Source: Candidatus Latescibacterota bacterium (GTDB lineage Bacteria > Latescibacterota > UBA2968 > UBA8231). Taken from it: a stretch of 64,000 nt of DNA. Each line of letters starts with the position of its first letter. Position 1 is the stretch's first letter. The stretch covers positions 288,001-352,000 of the forward strand of contig CBDCXV010000001.1 in assembly GCA_965223905.1 (NCBI GenBank), read 5' to 3'. The notes beneath the pieces are model-generated. The model did no database searches and was not told where the DNA came from. It was given only the letters and a program-made list of their open reading frames with translations. Shown one piece after another: positions 43,543 through 54,476 of this stretch. The position numbers and the translations under genes are program-made.

Positions 43543-44285
43543 TTTGACCCCCGCGGCATCAGTATCGATTTGAACCAGTTTTTTGTGGTTGCAACCTTGG
43601 TGCGTTGTATGGCAGCAGCCGGGTCGACATCCTTGGGACAGACCACGGAACACTCGCCGACAAAGGTGCACTCCCAGATCCCTTCGCTGCTGGCCACGAT
43701 ATGGGCGCGTTCGTCCTCTCCCTTGTCACGGGTATCCATGTTGTAACGGTGTGCGAGCGCCAGGGCGGCAGGTCCGATGAATCCGTCTTCCAGCCCGTAT
43801 ACCGGGCAGGCCGAATAGCACAACATGCAGTTGATGCACATGCTGAACTGTTTGAACTCGGCCAGCTCTTCCGGGGTTTGCAGGTACTCTCCTTCCTCTA
43901 CTGGCTTTTGATCGTCGCGCACAATCCAAGGCTTCACAGCCTCGAGTTTGGCCATGAAGTCGTCCATCTCAATGACGAGGTCCCGCACTACGGGAAAGTG
44001 ATTGAGCGGTTCTACACGCACAGGTTCGGGATAGTATTCGCGCAGGAATGTTGCGCAGGTCAGTTTTGGCTCCCCGTTTACCATGGTACCGCAACTGCCA
44101 CATACGCCCATGCGACAGGACCATCGGTACGAAAGAGTGCCGTCGACGTAGTCCTTGATGTAGTTCAGGGCGTCGAGCACTACCCATTCCTGCCGGTACG
44201 GAATATCGTAATCCTGGAACGTCGGTTCGTTTCCCTCTTCTCCACCGTAGCGGAAAACGGAAAGGGTGATGGTGTCTTCACTCAT
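43539..44285 (-). CDS. frdB: Fumarate reductase / succinate dehydrogenase Fe-S subunit
   Basis: [34 protein letters not shown]. Confidence 0.95.
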   Translation of the reverse strand: MSEDTITLSVFRYGGEEGNEPTFQDYDIPYRQEWVVLDALNYIKDYVDGTLSYRWSCRMGVCGSCGTMVNGEPKLTCATFLREYYPEPVRVEPLNHFPVVRDLVIEMDDFMAKLEAVKPWIVRDDQKPVEEGEYLQTPEELAEFKQFSMCINCMLCYSACPVYGLEDGFIGPAALALAHRYNMDTRDKGEDERAHIVASSEGIWECTFVGECSVVCPKDVDPAAAIQRTKVATTKNWFKSILMPRGSK

Positions 44286-44286
44286 G

Positions 44287-46005
44287 CTAATACGTGCGCT
44301 CCTCGGGCTGCCAGCGGGTTATGGTAGCGGGCAAATAGTCTATGCGGGGAGCGTCCTCATCTTCGGCACTTCGGTACGCCAGGGAGTGTTGCAGAAACGC
44401 GTCGTCGTTGCGATCCTCGAAGTCTGAGCGGGCGTGCGACCCTCTGGACTCTTCGCGCCGCAACGCCGAGTGAGCGAGGGATTCGGCAACATCCAGCATG
44501 AATCCCAGTTCTATTGCGGCGGTCAGCTGCGTATTGAACACGTTGGAATGATCCTGCACGCGAACGTTTTCATAGCGTCGTCGCAGTTCGGCGATATCGT
44601 CGCAAGCCTTCTCCAATCCCTCGCGGGTTCGGTAGATTCCGGCTCCGGCCTCCGCTACTTTCTGCAAGTCGGTACGGATGTCTGCGATGCTTTCCTCTTC
44701 GGTACTCTCGCTGAAAAAACGCGACTTGATCTGCAACTCTTCGTGCCGAGTCAGCTGCTCGAGGGCACCGAGCCGAGGGTGCTGCTTCTCCATGGCATAG
44801 GCAGCGGCACATCTCCCGGCGCGCGCTCCGAAAACCAGGCACTCTGTCAGGGAGTTGGAGCCTAGCCTGTTTGCCCCGTTGAGACTGACGCAGGCGCACT
44901 CGCCTGCTGCATACAGCCCTTCGATCGGAGTCTTCCCGTCGATGTCTGTGTGAACGCCACCCATCATGTAATGAACCACCGGCCGCACGGGGATCGGGTC
45001 GTGTACCGGGTCAATACCTACGTAGTTGCGAGTAAGCTCCCGCACGAAGGGCAGTTTTTCATCGATGACTTTCTCCCCGAGGTGGCGCAGGTCGAGGTGG
45101 ACGTACTGCCCTTGCTCGTCCTCGAAGACCCGGCCTGCTCGCATCTCGTGTACAAACGAACGCGACAGGATATCTCTTGGACCGAGCTCCATTTTTCCCG
45201 GCACGTACTCGCTCAGATAGCGATCCCCCTCGCTGTTGACGAGGTAGCCTCCCTCTCCCCTCGAGGCCTCCGTCATCAGGATACCAGTACCGGGCAATCC
45301 GGTAGGGTGGTACTGTACAAATTCCATGTCCTTCAAGGGACAACCGGCGCGGTAAGCCATCGACATTCCGTCACCGGTCTTGATGGCGGCATTCGTGGTA
45401 AAGGGGAACATCCGACCGCCGCCGCCAGTACACAGAACGACCGCTTTCGCCGGAATCGCCTGCAGTCCGCCCGACTGCAAGTTCAGGGCGGTGACGCCGC
45501 ATACCTGACCCTCTTCCACCAGCAGTGAGGTAACGAAGAACTCGTCGTGACGGTGGATGCTGTTGTACTTCAGGGAAGTCTGAAACAGCGCGTGCAACAT
45601 GTGAAATCCGGTCTTGTCCGCTGCATAGAGCGTCCTCTTGACGGTCATGCCACCAAAGGCCCGGACGCTGACACGGCCGTCTTGGTCCCTGCTCCAGGGA
45701 CATCCCCAGTGGTCGAGCTGAATCGCTTCGCCAGGAGCTTCCTCCACGAAGACCTCGACAACATCTTGGTCGGCGAGAAAATCGCTACCCTTGATGGTGT
45801 CGAACGCGTGCGAATCGAGGTTGTCATCGTCGCGCACCACCGCCGCCAAGCCGCCTTCGGCAGAAACAGTATGGCTGCGCATGGGGTAGACCTTTGAAAT
45901 AACCCCAACGTTCAGCCGAGAGTCTGCCTCGACGGCAGCGATCGCCGCCCGCAAGCCGGCGCCGCCCCCGCCCACAATCAAAATGTCATAGACCAAGCTG
46001 TTCAT
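44287..46005 (-). CDS. frdA: Fumarate reductase / succinate dehydrogenase flavoprotein
   Basis: [16 protein letters not shown] (covalent FAD His), [15 protein letters not shown]. Confidence 0.95.
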   Translation of the reverse strand: MNSLVYDILIVGGGGAGLRAAIAAVEADSRLNVGVISKVYPMRSHTVSAEGGLAAVVRDDDNLDSHAFDTIKGSDFLADQDVVEVFVEEAPGEAIQLDHWGCPWSRDQDGRVSVRAFGGMTVKRTLYAADKTGFHMLHALFQTSLKYNSIHRHDEFFVTSLLVEEGQVCGVTALNLQSGGLQAIPAKAVVLCTGGGGRMFPFTTNAAIKTGDGMSMAYRAGCPLKDMEFVQYHPTGLPGTGILMTEASRGEGGYLVNSEGDRYLSEYVPGKMELGPRDILSRSFVHEMRAGRVFEDEQGQYVHLDLRHLGEKVIDEKLPFVRELTRNYVGIDPVHDPIPVRPVVHYMMGGVHTDIDGKTPIEGLYAAGECACVSLNGANRLGSNSLTECLVFGARAGRCAAAYAMEKQHPRLGALEQLTRHEELQIKSRFFSESTEEESIADIRTDLQKVAEAGAGIYRTREGLEKACDDIAELRRRYENVRVQDHSNVFNTQLTAAIELGFMLDVAESLAHSALRREESRGSHARSDFEDRNDDAFLQHSLAYRSAEDEDAPRIDYLPATITRWQPEERTY

Positions 46006-46139
46006 GCCTAAGTCACGCTGCTGACTCAGATCGTTGATCTACGCTGATCTGTGGAAGAGAAGGAAAGTCAGAGAATTGGGGAGTGCCTAGTGCAAGAATC
46101 CCTGCCGTCTGCACGGAACAGTGATCGCGGAAATTGGCG

Positions 46140-46403
46140 TCAGGGGACTGCAACCGGCAATACACTGACGCGGTTTCGATTTCGACCGGCTCTCTCGAAT
46201 TGAACAGTACCATGGACTGTTGCATATAGCGTGTCGTCACCTCCCTTGCGCACATTGCGGCCGGGGTGAACTCGTGTCCCGCGTTGGCGAACCAAAATCG
46301 TTCCGGCGCTAACGACCTGACCTCCGTAGCGCTTGATGCCGAGCCGTTTGGAATGGCTGTCGCGGCCGTTTCTGGAGCTTCCTACGCCCTTTTTATGTGC
46401 CAT
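46140..46403 (-). CDS. rpmA: 50S ribosomal protein L27
   Basis: [16 protein letters not shown]. Confidence 0.99.
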   Translation of the reverse strand: MAHKKGVGSSRNGRDSHSKRLGIKRYGGQVVSAGTILVRQRGTRVHPGRNVRKGGDDTLYATVHGTVQFERAGRNRNRVSVLPVAVP

Positions 46404-46431
46404 GGGGAATACCTCTTCCCGCGCAGACTCG

Positions 46432-46746
46432 CTACGCTGTTGCGATATCGTCGATCTGGATTTCAGTGTACTTCTGGCGGTGCCCGTTCCTACGCCGGTA
46501 GTTCTTTCGCCGTTTGATCTTGAAAACGATCACCTTCTTTTCGAGTCCGTGGCCGCGAACGGTCGCTGTAACGGACGCCCCGTTGACGTGTGGTCCACCA
46601 ACGATGTTTTGGCCCTCTTCCGAAATCAGCAAAACCTTTGTGAACGTGTGCTTTTGGCCCTCTTCGATGGATAGCCTTGGCACTCGTACTGTTTCTCCTT
46701 TGCTGACCTGTACCTGTTTGCCGGCAATGTCTACAATTGCATACAT
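46432..46746 (-). CDS. rplU: 50S ribosomal protein L21
   Basis: [18 protein letters not shown]. Confidence 0.99.
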   Translation of the reverse strand: MYAIVDIAGKQVQVSKGETVRVPRLSIEEGQKHTFTKVLLISEEGQNIVGGPHVNGASVTATVRGHGLEKKVIVFKIKRRKNYRRRNGHRQKYTEIQIDDIATA

Positions 46747-46828
46747 GGCGTTGGTCCGTTTGAACCCGTGTTGCGGGTTGGCGACAGTGAAATTTGGCAG
46801 CGAAAGCTAACTGTGCTTCGAAAATCTG

Positions 46829-48370
46829 TCAATTTCGGCTCGAATCTGAGGAGTCCCTGTGCTCCGCAGTCACATCAAGGTTCCGTTTCCGCGAAATCAC
46901 CTTGAAATCCTGCGCTGTCAAGGATGGATCTTCCCGGATTTCGACGCGAGCTTTGGTGGCTCGGCGAATCGATTTCAGACGTACTTCCCTATCCGCGATC
47001 ATGTATTGGGCTACGTCAGGATGCACCCGGAGTTCGAATCGACGATCGCTGTTGGCAGCATAAGCCCTCTGCATCCAGCGCTCGATTTTTGTCAGAGTTG
47101 TATCCGGACCCAGTACCCTCCCGGTACCGTGGCAGGTTGGACAGGGCTCGCTGTGAGTGTGTAACAGGTTGGGGCGCACTCGCTGGCGGGTCATTTCAAC
47201 CAGCCCGAACTCGCTGATCTGCGGACTGATCGAGACTTTTGCCCGGTCTTTTTTGGCCTCCTCGAACATCTGTTCCACCACTTTTTTTCGATTGCGTTCC
47301 TCGTGCATGTCAATGAAGTCCACGACGATAATTCCGCCGATGTCACGGAGTCGCAGCTGCCGTGCAAGTTCCTTGGCGGCCTCGACATTGGTCCGCAGGT
47401 TGCTCTCTTCCTGATCACGCGATCCTACAAAGCCTGCAGAGTTGACGTCGACGAATGTCCCTGCCTCCGCATGGTCGATTACAAGGGCCCCACCGCCCCG
47501 CATTCCGACATTGCGATCATTGGCTTTGTCGAGTTCGCGTTCAATTTTAACGACATCGAAAATCGGCCGTTTGTCGTGAAAGTATTCGATCCGGTTTTTC
47601 AACTCCGGAGATACCGATTTCACGTAATCACATATTTCTCGATAGAGCGGCTTCGAGTCGACGACGAGCCTGTCCACGCTGTCGGTAAACAGGTCTCGGA
47701 TGACGCTGGTGGTCATACCTAGTTCTTTGTGCACTAGGGCGGGTGACGGGGTCTTCCTGCTGCGTTTATTCATGCGCTCATGAACCTTTACCAACTGCTT
47801 CAGGTCGCGCTTGAATTCCTTCTCGCTCTTGCCGGACCCCTCGGTGCGCACGATCGCCGAATAACCTTCCGGTCGCGCCTTTCGAACGATGTCGCGAAGC
47901 CGGCGACGCTCTGAATAGTTCGAAATCTTCCGAGAGACTCCGACCCAATCCCCACCCGGCATCAACACCACAAAGCGCCCAGCTAGAGCAAGTTGCGTTG
48001 TCACGCGGGCCCCTTTGGTTCCGATTGGCTCCTTGGCGATCTGCACCAGTACTTCCTGCCCTTTCTGAACCAAGCTCTGGATACTTGGCAAAGAGCGCCC
48101 CCGACGCCCGTTGCGGGGAGGGCGCTCCTCTTCGTCTGAATTCGCCTCGACCATATCGCGAACTTGGAGAAATGCAGTACGCTCCAGTCCAATCTCGACA
48201 AAGGCAGCTTGCAAACTTGGTAGAACTGCCATGACGGTGCCTTTGTAAATATCCCCCACCATGCGTTCGCTCTCCGGCCGCTCGACCCAGATTTCGGCGA
48301 GACGGCCCTCTTCAACTATGGCAATGCGGGACTCGTGAATTCCCTGATTAATGAATATTTCGGTAGACAT
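46829..48370 (-). CDS. RNase E/G family ribonuclease
   Basis: GDIYKG..AAFVEIG, KEPIGTKGAR, DVNS, LRDIGGIIVVDFIDM, CPTCHGTG. Confidence 0.95.
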   Translation of the reverse strand: MSTEIFINQGIHESRIAIVEEGRLAEIWVERPESERMVGDIYKGTVMAVLPSLQAAFVEIGLERTAFLQVRDMVEANSDEEERPPRNGRRGRSLPSIQSLVQKGQEVLVQIAKEPIGTKGARVTTQLALAGRFVVLMPGGDWVGVSRKISNYSERRRLRDIVRKARPEGYSAIVRTEGSGKSEKEFKRDLKQLVKVHERMNKRSRKTPSPALVHKELGMTTSVIRDLFTDSVDRLVVDSKPLYREICDYVKSVSPELKNRIEYFHDKRPIFDVVKIERELDKANDRNVGMRGGGALVIDHAEAGTFVDVNSAGFVGSRDQEESNLRTNVEAAKELARQLRLRDIGGIIVVDFIDMHEERNRKKVVEQMFEEAKKDRAKVSISPQISEFGLVEMTRQRVRPNLLHTHSEPCPTCHGTGRVLGPDTTLTKIERWMQRAYAANSDRRFELRVHPDVAQYMIADREVRLKSIRRATKARVEIREDPSLTAQDFKVISRKRNLDVTAEHRDSSDSSRN

Positions 48371-48825
48371 CGGTTCTCCTGTTGTGAGCGCGACACTGCT
48401 CATCCGCTTGATGGACGAATGACCCTGTTTGTCGCTGATGGAGAGCCCGATCGATTGCGAGAGATGCGGAAAGGAAGTTAAATACAGGAATACTTCTGAG
48501 ACCGGAAACTGGCCGTTTTTTCTTCGGCGGAAAGCCACTTCCGTCGCCGATGGAGGATAGGCTTCAGTGCTACACGCCAAGGTCCTCATCCGTCCCGATT
48601 TCCGTGCTGAGTTGCGAGGCATCACATCGTGTATCGCGGCCTCCCGGCCATGTCCTGTATGCCGCTACGGGGTAGATCCCCATTTAACGACGGCTGGATT
48701 CCTCTATACACCTGCTCGCCGGGGCTATTTTACCCACACCCCAATCTGAGCCCTCTGGTTTGATTTTTCCTAACTATGACGGCTTTCTCTGGCTTGCAAC
48801 CAACCCGGTATCCGGACAAAACCAA

Positions 48826-50679
48826 CTAGCCCCCAGCCAGCAAGCGGCGAAACCTCTCTCCATCTTTTATCAGGGTCACCGCTTCTTCCAACTGGGAATC
48901 TTCCTCAAGTTCGGCGAGCAGGCTCGCTCGGCGACCATGCAATCGCAAAGCCAATTCACGACGGAGGCTGGCCCGTACGTAAGGCTCCACCTTAGGAGAA
49001 AACGCGGGAATCATGGCTCTGTTCTTCAGAATGTTTTCGAGACTGTCCAGCATCGCCTTCGCCGATTTCCCCCAGCCAGCTGCGCCGGCTCGCTGCCGTA
49101 ATTCACTCAGTTCTCTGCGACCGTCGTTTGCAGCAAGGATCGAGTCGGGAACAAATGCGCGGAATGCTTCCACCATGCCGCGATCGACCTCCAAGCGGTG
49201 AGCCTCACTGTTCACGGCCTTGGATCCGACATAGTCGACGACAAAATCGAAGAAATGGCGCCCTCTCTGCAGATGCTGGACGAGGTAGGGTAGTTGTCCA
49301 GTTTCTACGACGATATCTGGGGTGATGCCTCCACCCCCGAAAACTGTGCGTCCGTTCCGGGTTTGATATCTTTTTCCTGTTATATCGAATCTCACGTCCG
49401 CAGGCAGTTCGGACCGCAGGTGACCGACGAGGTCTCCGAGCTGAAACTGCAGAAGTTGATGAGCATCTTCGGTTTCCACATCGAAGCGAGCCCGCAGGTC
49501 GGCGTGCGCGGAGGCGTAGTCATCGGCATCGAGAATGACACTGAGCAGCAACGCCGCCGGCACTTCAATGTCTCCCACTGGGATTTGTAATGAGCGGAAG
49601 GTCGACAAGTCGTTGGCGTCCCGGTGAATGCTGCGACCGCTGGGAGTGTAATAGAGCGCGGTGGTCAACTTGAGGGCAGTGTCTTCCAGCTCGTGAAGGT
49701 CGAAGATCGTCTGCACCGATCCCTTTCCAAATGAAGCCGTTCCAACAACCAGACCGCGATCGTTATCCTGTATCGCTCCGGCTACAATTTCGGCTGCGCT
49801 GGCACTTCCACCATCTATGAGTACCACCATTGGGTGCTTTGCATACACCGGACGCCGTTGAGAATAGCGAGTCTCCTCACGCCCTCCGTCCCGTTCACGG
49901 ATAGAAACGATCGGATCCCGCTTCGAGAGAAAGAGATCGGCTACTTCCGCGGCTTGCGTCAGAAGTCCCCCGGGGTTACCGCGAAGATCGAGCACCAAGC
50001 CTTTCATCCCGCTCGAGCTCAGCTCCTTCAGAGCCTGTTCAACCTCGAACGCGGTATCCTCCGAAAACCTGGTTTGTTTCATACTGATGTAACCGATTCG
50101 AGGGTGGATCAAATCAGCAAGTGCAACACTCCTGATCTTGATAAGCTCTCGTGTGATCGCTACGCCCCACTGGGAGTTGCCCGGGCGGGCAACGGTGATA
50201 CGCACAACTGATCCGGATTCGCCGCGCAAGGTATTTACTACCTCTTCGAGGCTGAGGTCGAAGGTGTCCTCCCCCTCAATTGCTACGATCAGGTCTCCTG
50301 GGAGTAGCCCAGCCCGTATTGCCGGCGTGCCTTCCATCGGTGCGATTACTACCGGATAGTGATCCTTGATCCCGACAGTTATACCCAATCCGGCAAATCG
50401 GCCCGTCGTATCCTGCCGCAGTTGACGCAGTCCTTCCTCATCGAAATACTGGCTGTAGGAATCAAGCTCTCGCAGCAGGCCCTCGATCGCCGCGCGCATC
50501 AGGCGGGAATGATTGACGTCGTCGTAGTAGTGCATCACAACGCGACTGTAAACGGCACCAAAGCGGTCCCAGCTTTCATGAACAGGCTGATACGGATCGC
50601 TCTTGAAAGGTGTTGCTGCAATCTGCTCCGATGCGAAAAACATGATCATGGATGCGAAAAACAGAATTGCCGATCTCAT
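48826..50679 (-). CDS. S41 family C-terminal processing protease
   Basis: Signal peptide, PDZ, DLRGNPGG, SASAAEI, FGKGSVQ, GGGITPD. Confidence 0.93.
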   Translation of the reverse strand: MRSAILFFASMIMFFASEQIAATPFKSDPYQPVHESWDRFGAVYSRVVMHYYDDVNHSRLMRAAIEGLLRELDSYSQYFDEEGLRQLRQDTTGRFAGLGITVGIKDHYPVVIAPMEGTPAIRAGLLPGDLIVAIEGEDTFDLSLEEVVNTLRGESGSVVRITVARPGNSQWGVAITRELIKIRSVALADLIHPRIGYISMKQTRFSEDTAFEVEQALKELSSSGMKGLVLDLRGNPGGLLTQAAEVADLFLSKRDPIVSIRERDGGREETRYSQRRPVYAKHPMVVLIDGGSASAAEIVAGAIQDNDRGLVVGTASFGKGSVQTIFDLHELEDTALKLTTALYYTPSGRSIHRDANDLSTFRSLQIPVGDIEVPAALLLSVILDADDYASAHADLRARFDVETEDAHQLLQFQLGDLVGHLRSELPADVRFDITGKRYQTRNGRTVFGGGGITPDIVVETGQLPYLVQHLQRGRHFFDFVVDYVGSKAVNSEAHRLEVDRGMVEAFRAFVPDSILAANDGRRELSELRQRAGAAGWGKSAKAMLDSLENILKNRAMIPAFSPKVEPYVRASLRRELALRLHGRRASLLAELEEDSQLEEAVTLIKDGERFRRLLAGG

Positions 50680-50742
50680 TTGTTTCCTCTTGCCAACTCT
50701 GTAGGCGCCCTCAATAGCTTCTAACCGATATCACTATTAGCA

Positions 50743-51405
50743 CTATGTCCGAAATGGAAATGCGGGCCAACGCGAGCGCAGTTCCTCCGAGATTCGGCCC
50801 GCAAGGTTATTCTCCTCACCCGTTCCATCGATCAGCCATGACGTTTCCGCCTGGTCGGAAGCCATTTTTCGATACGCTGCCGCGACTCGTTCACGAAATC
50901 GCCCTTCTTCCTGCTCCAGCCTGTCTGCAATTCCGTTGTTCATCCGCTCATTGGCCACTTCCAACGGCACATCGAGAAGAATGGTGATGTCCGGAACGCA
51001 CTGTTGGACAACAAAGCCGTTCAGGAAATCAATCATTTCCAGATCCAGCGCTCTTCCCGCTCCCTGATACGCAATTGTCGATGCCGCATATCGGTCGCTT
51101 ATCACAGGCTTGCCAGCCTCCAGGGCGGGCCTGATTATTTCATCGACCAGTTGTGCTCGGCTTGCAGCATACAACAGCAGTTCAGTCCTTGCTGCCAAGT
51201 CAATCAACGACGGGTCGAGAAGAAGCCCCCGAATCCGTTCGCCGATCTCCGTTCCGCCAGGTTCTCTTGTAACCACAACCGGATGTCCCTGGACATTCAG
51301 GGACCGCGCCAGAAGCTTGGATTGGGTTGTTGTTCCAGCTCCGTCGATCCCTTCAAAGACGACGAACAAGGGGTGTACGTTTTGGTCATCCGTTTTGCTC
51401 ATCAC
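50743..51405 (-). CDS. tmk: Thymidylate kinase
   Basis: FEGIDGAGTTTQ, TREPGG, SDRY..AYQG. Confidence 0.95.
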   Translation of the reverse strand: MMSKTDDQNVHPLFVVFEGIDGAGTTTQSKLLARSLNVQGHPVVVTREPGGTEIGERIRGLLLDPSLIDLAARTELLLYAASRAQLVDEIIRPALEAGKPVISDRYAASTIAYQGAGRALDLEMIDFLNGFVVQQCVPDITILLDVPLEVANERMNNGIADRLEQEEGRFRERVAAAYRKMASDQAETSWLIDGTGEENNLAGRISEELRSRWPAFPFRT

Positions 51406-51483
51406 CGGGCCGGGGGGGGCTTATTTGGGGAAGTCCTCTTGCCTAATTGATAAGAGCGGGGAATCAGCGGACAATATGCACGC

Positions 51484-52092
51484 CTAATTGGTAGTGGGGT
51501 TTGGCGCTTGGGAATTCATCTTGTTGCGGATGTAGGTAAGTCGCTCGATAACTGTGTAATTGGTAGTTACCGCGAGGACGACAAGAACAAAAACCAGACC
51601 CTCGTGTCCGTACAACCCCCCGAGAGCCAGGCCCACCAAGCGCTCCGGCCGCTGCATAATACCCACCTTGCAATCCTCGCCAAGCCCTTCGGCTCTGGCT
51701 CGAACATAGCTCACCATCAGGGAGCCCGATAAAGCGAAAAACAGGATCCCGCACACGAGCCACTCATCTTTCCCGATCAGGTAGGCGCCGATCCCGAAGA
51801 AAAGGAATATTTCCGAGTAGCGATCTGTCGTCGAATCCAGCAGGGCCCCGAACTGCGTTTCGCTTTTTCCTTCCCGCGCAACCTGGCCGTCGAGGATATC
51901 GCACAGTCCTCCCAACAACATTATCGCAGCAGCCCAGCGAAGATGTCCGGTAGCGAATGCTCCTGTTGCTACCAGACTCAGAAAAAGACCGGCTACGGTC
52001 AGCCAGTCGGGGCGAAGACCAATTCTGATGAAGACCTGCGCAAGAGGACGCAGGATCACCAAAACCCAGGATTTCAGTTGATTTCCAACCAC
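51484..52092 (-). CDS. CDP-alcohol phosphatidyltransferase
   Basis: DILDGQVAR..FGALLDSTTDR; SYVRARAEG. Confidence 0.92.
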   Translation of the reverse strand: MVGNQLKSWVLVILRPLAQVFIRIGLRPDWLTVAGLFLSLVATGAFATGHLRWAAAIMLLGGLCDILDGQVAREGKSETQFGALLDSTTDRYSEIFLFFGIGAYLIGKDEWLVCGILFFALSGSLMVSYVRARAEGLGEDCKVGIMQRPERLVGLALGGLYGHEGLVFVLVVLAVTTNYTVIERLTYIRNKMNSQAPNPTTN

Positions 52093-52333
52093 AATGCAGG
52101 CAACTGTGGAGACGAATCAGTTTTCAAATTTGTCGCATCCGGGGGGGAGGGGGGAATATAGGGTCCCGGCACTTCCACTGCCACACCACAATTTGCGGAT
52201 ATGCCGCTGGCTTTGTGGGGATTTTTCTTGCCGTTTCCAACTACCGCCTCATGGACCAACCCCGAATTCATTTTCCAAGCCTTTTCCAAGATTTGCGTGG
52301 GATAGATGTTTGCAACCCTCTCCTTTTCCTCAC

Positions 52334-52954
52334 TCAATCCACATTTACAGACTGTAGTGAGGCAGACCCGGTCAAACCAGCACACTGCCAACGATGAACC
52401 AGACTGGATTTACCAAGGGATGCAGGTGCCGAAGGCGGAAGAGTCGAGACTAGGACCGCATGAGGCTGCGTTCTTGTTTTTACCCGGCAGCGCAGCTGAC
52501 CAAGACTTAACGCCGCTCGGGATAGCACCACATCTGCCATAGGGAGACCCTCCGGAACGCGGCTTTCCTGTTCGAGTCTTTCGTGCAGAACCGAGGTGTT
52601 GTTCAGTGACAGACGGCGAATGACCTCCCGCAGGAATGAGGCCCTCCTCCGCCTGCTTTCGATCAGTAGGAAGTGGGTCTGCGGAAGGGTTATTGCCAGT
52701 GGAATTCCTGGCAGACCGGCACCCGAACCGACATCCCACACAGCCCTGTGAGGCATGGTTAGGATGAGCTGTCTCAGGGCAACAGATGGAAGAATGTGTT
52801 TTTCTGGGATCCGCGATCTGTCCCCTGAAGAGATCAAACTTGCACGCTGTGACCACTGGGACAAGAGGTCTGCAAACTGCTCCAACCCCGCAATCCAATG
52901 CTCGATTTGGAGCGCGCTCCCATCGGGGCAGAATTCTGCCAGGATGTTGTGCAA
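52334..52954 (-). CDS. rsmG: 16S rRNA m7G527 methyltransferase
   Basis: DVGSGAGLPGIPLA, VLSRA. Confidence 0.9.
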   Translation of the reverse strand: MHNILAEFCPDGSALQIEHWIAGLEQFADLLSQWSQRASLISSGDRSRIPEKHILPSVALRQLILTMPHRAVWDVGSGAGLPGIPLAITLPQTHFLLIESRRRRASFLREVIRRLSLNNTSVLHERLEQESRVPEGLPMADVVLSRAALSLGQLRCRVKTRTQPHAVLVSTLPPSAPASLGKSSLVHRWQCAGLTGSASLQSVNVD

Positions 52955-53005
52955 GGATGAGGCGTTGAAAATCGGGATGCGACCTGGCTTTACCGGTAAG
53001 GGGGT

Positions 53006-53021
53006 TGTTTCACGTGGAACA
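53006..53021. promoter_or_regulatory. parS centromere site 1
   Basis: TGTTTCACGTGGAACA matches the bacterial parS consensus. Confidence 0.9.
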
Positions 53022-53052
53022 CCGGGAAGGGAAGAATCCGTGGAGCGATTAT

Positions 53053-53068
53053 TGTTCCACGTGGAACA
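53053..53068. promoter_or_regulatory. parS centromere site 2
   Basis: Perfect palindrome TGTTCCACGTGGAACA. Confidence 0.9.
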
Positions 53069-53069
53069 C

Positions 53070-54458
53070 TCACTTTCCTATGCAGAATTCCGAAAAAATG
53101 TCATCCAGGACAGCTTCGTCGACATTTTCGCCCAACAGCTCTCCGCAATGGGAAAGGGCTGCGTGCAGTTCGGCTGCGACGCATTCCGCCATATCGCCTT
53201 CTGCCAACATCCTGTATGAATCTTGGCAGGCCGAATGGACTCGTTCGATAAGGCTGGCATGCCGTTGTCGAATAAGACCGACTCCCTCGACGGTCCGTGC
53301 CCTGGGGAGAAACTTCGTGATTGCCCCTTTCAGGTCCCGAAGACCAGTCCTCAGTACCGCCGAAATCGAAATAGTCAGAGCACGCTCGGAGACCGTATCC
53401 GGAATCCTTTGCTTGCACGGCATGTCAATCTTGTTTCTGATAATCAGAAAGGAACCGCCGCCTGCCAACGTGAGAAGCTCTTCGTCTCCCTCGCTCCAAG
53501 GCCGGGAGGAATCCGTTACAATCAGCACAAGATCGGCGTCGTTGGCTTCTTGGCGAGTTCGTCTCATACCCTCTACCTCAACTGCGCCTGATGCCGTTCG
53601 AAGCCCCGCCGTGTCCCTAAGGCGCACCAAATCGCCTTCCCACACTACTTGCCCTTCAATTACATCACGCGTCGTTCCAGGAGTATGGGTTACAATGGCT
53701 CGATCTTCACCAAGAAGGGCATTGAACAGGGTTGACTTCCCGACGTTGGGCCGTCCGATGAGAGCTACCGAAAAACCTTGCTGCCGTCGTCGGCCTCCTG
53801 CGAACGTTTCAAGCAATTGATGCGACAGGGAAATGGCGGGGTCCAACTCCTGGAAGATCTGTTCCGTACGTACATGCCCCTCTCCTTCCTGGGCGAAATC
53901 CAAGTTCACTTCAAGGAATGCCAAGGCTCGCACTACGTGGCCCTTGAGGGTACCTACCAATTGAGACAGTCGGCCACTGGTGTGACCGTATGAGTTTTGC
54001 ATTGCGTGTTTGCTGCCTGCCTGGATCAGGTCGATAACCGCCTCGGCCTGCAGCAAATCCATACGCCCGTTGACAAACGCCCGTCGTGTGAATTCGCCCG
54101 GACGTGCGAGGGTCGCACCGGCGGCGATCGCAGCCTCAACTACGCTGCTCAGAACGACTGCGCTGGCATGAGCGCTGATCTCGACGGTATCCTCCCCGGT
54201 ATACGACCGGGGGGCTTTCAGCACCCAGGCCAAGCCGGAGTCCAGCTCTGCTCCATTCTCATCCAGAATGCTGCCGTACTCCACGTACCGAGGTCGTTTT
54301 CCCAAGGGAGGATTGCTGCGAAACAGGGTGCGCGCAACGGGAACCGAGTTTGGACCACTCAGTCGAATGATACCAATCCCCCCCGCTCCCGAAGGGGTTG
54401 CTACAGCCACAATCGTAGAGGTTTCGATCGTGGAGGGGCGCGCCATAGCGGGCATCAT
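53070..54458 (-). CDS. mnmE: tRNA modification GTPase MnmE
   Basis: SYTGED, GEFTRRAF, GRPNVGKS, GTTRD, DTAG, FCIGK. Confidence 0.97.
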   Translation of the reverse strand: MMPAMARPSTIETSTIVAVATPSGAGGIGIIRLSGPNSVPVARTLFRSNPPLGKRPRYVEYGSILDENGAELDSGLAWVLKAPRSYTGEDTVEISAHASAVVLSSVVEAAIAAGATLARPGEFTRRAFVNGRMDLLQAEAVIDLIQAGSKHAMQNSYGHTSGRLSQLVGTLKGHVVRALAFLEVNLDFAQEGEGHVRTEQIFQELDPAISLSHQLLETFAGGRRRQQGFSVALIGRPNVGKSTLFNALLGEDRAIVTHTPGTTRDVIEGQVVWEGDLVRLRDTAGLRTASGAVEVEGMRRTRQEANDADLVLIVTDSSRPWSEGDEELLTLAGGGSFLIIRNKIDMPCKQRIPDTVSERALTISISAVLRTGLRDLKGAITKFLPRARTVEGVGLIRQRHASLIERVHSACQDSYRMLAEGDMAECVAAELHAALSHCGELLGENVDEAVLDDIFSEFCIGK

Positions 54459-54476
54459 GGAGCGCGACTGGGCACA

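Noticed and set aside
46094-46110. Sigma54-like motif upstream of frdA (CGGCAGGGATTCTTGC on the minus strand)
   Set aside because: GG-to-GC spacing is 11 nt rather than the required 10
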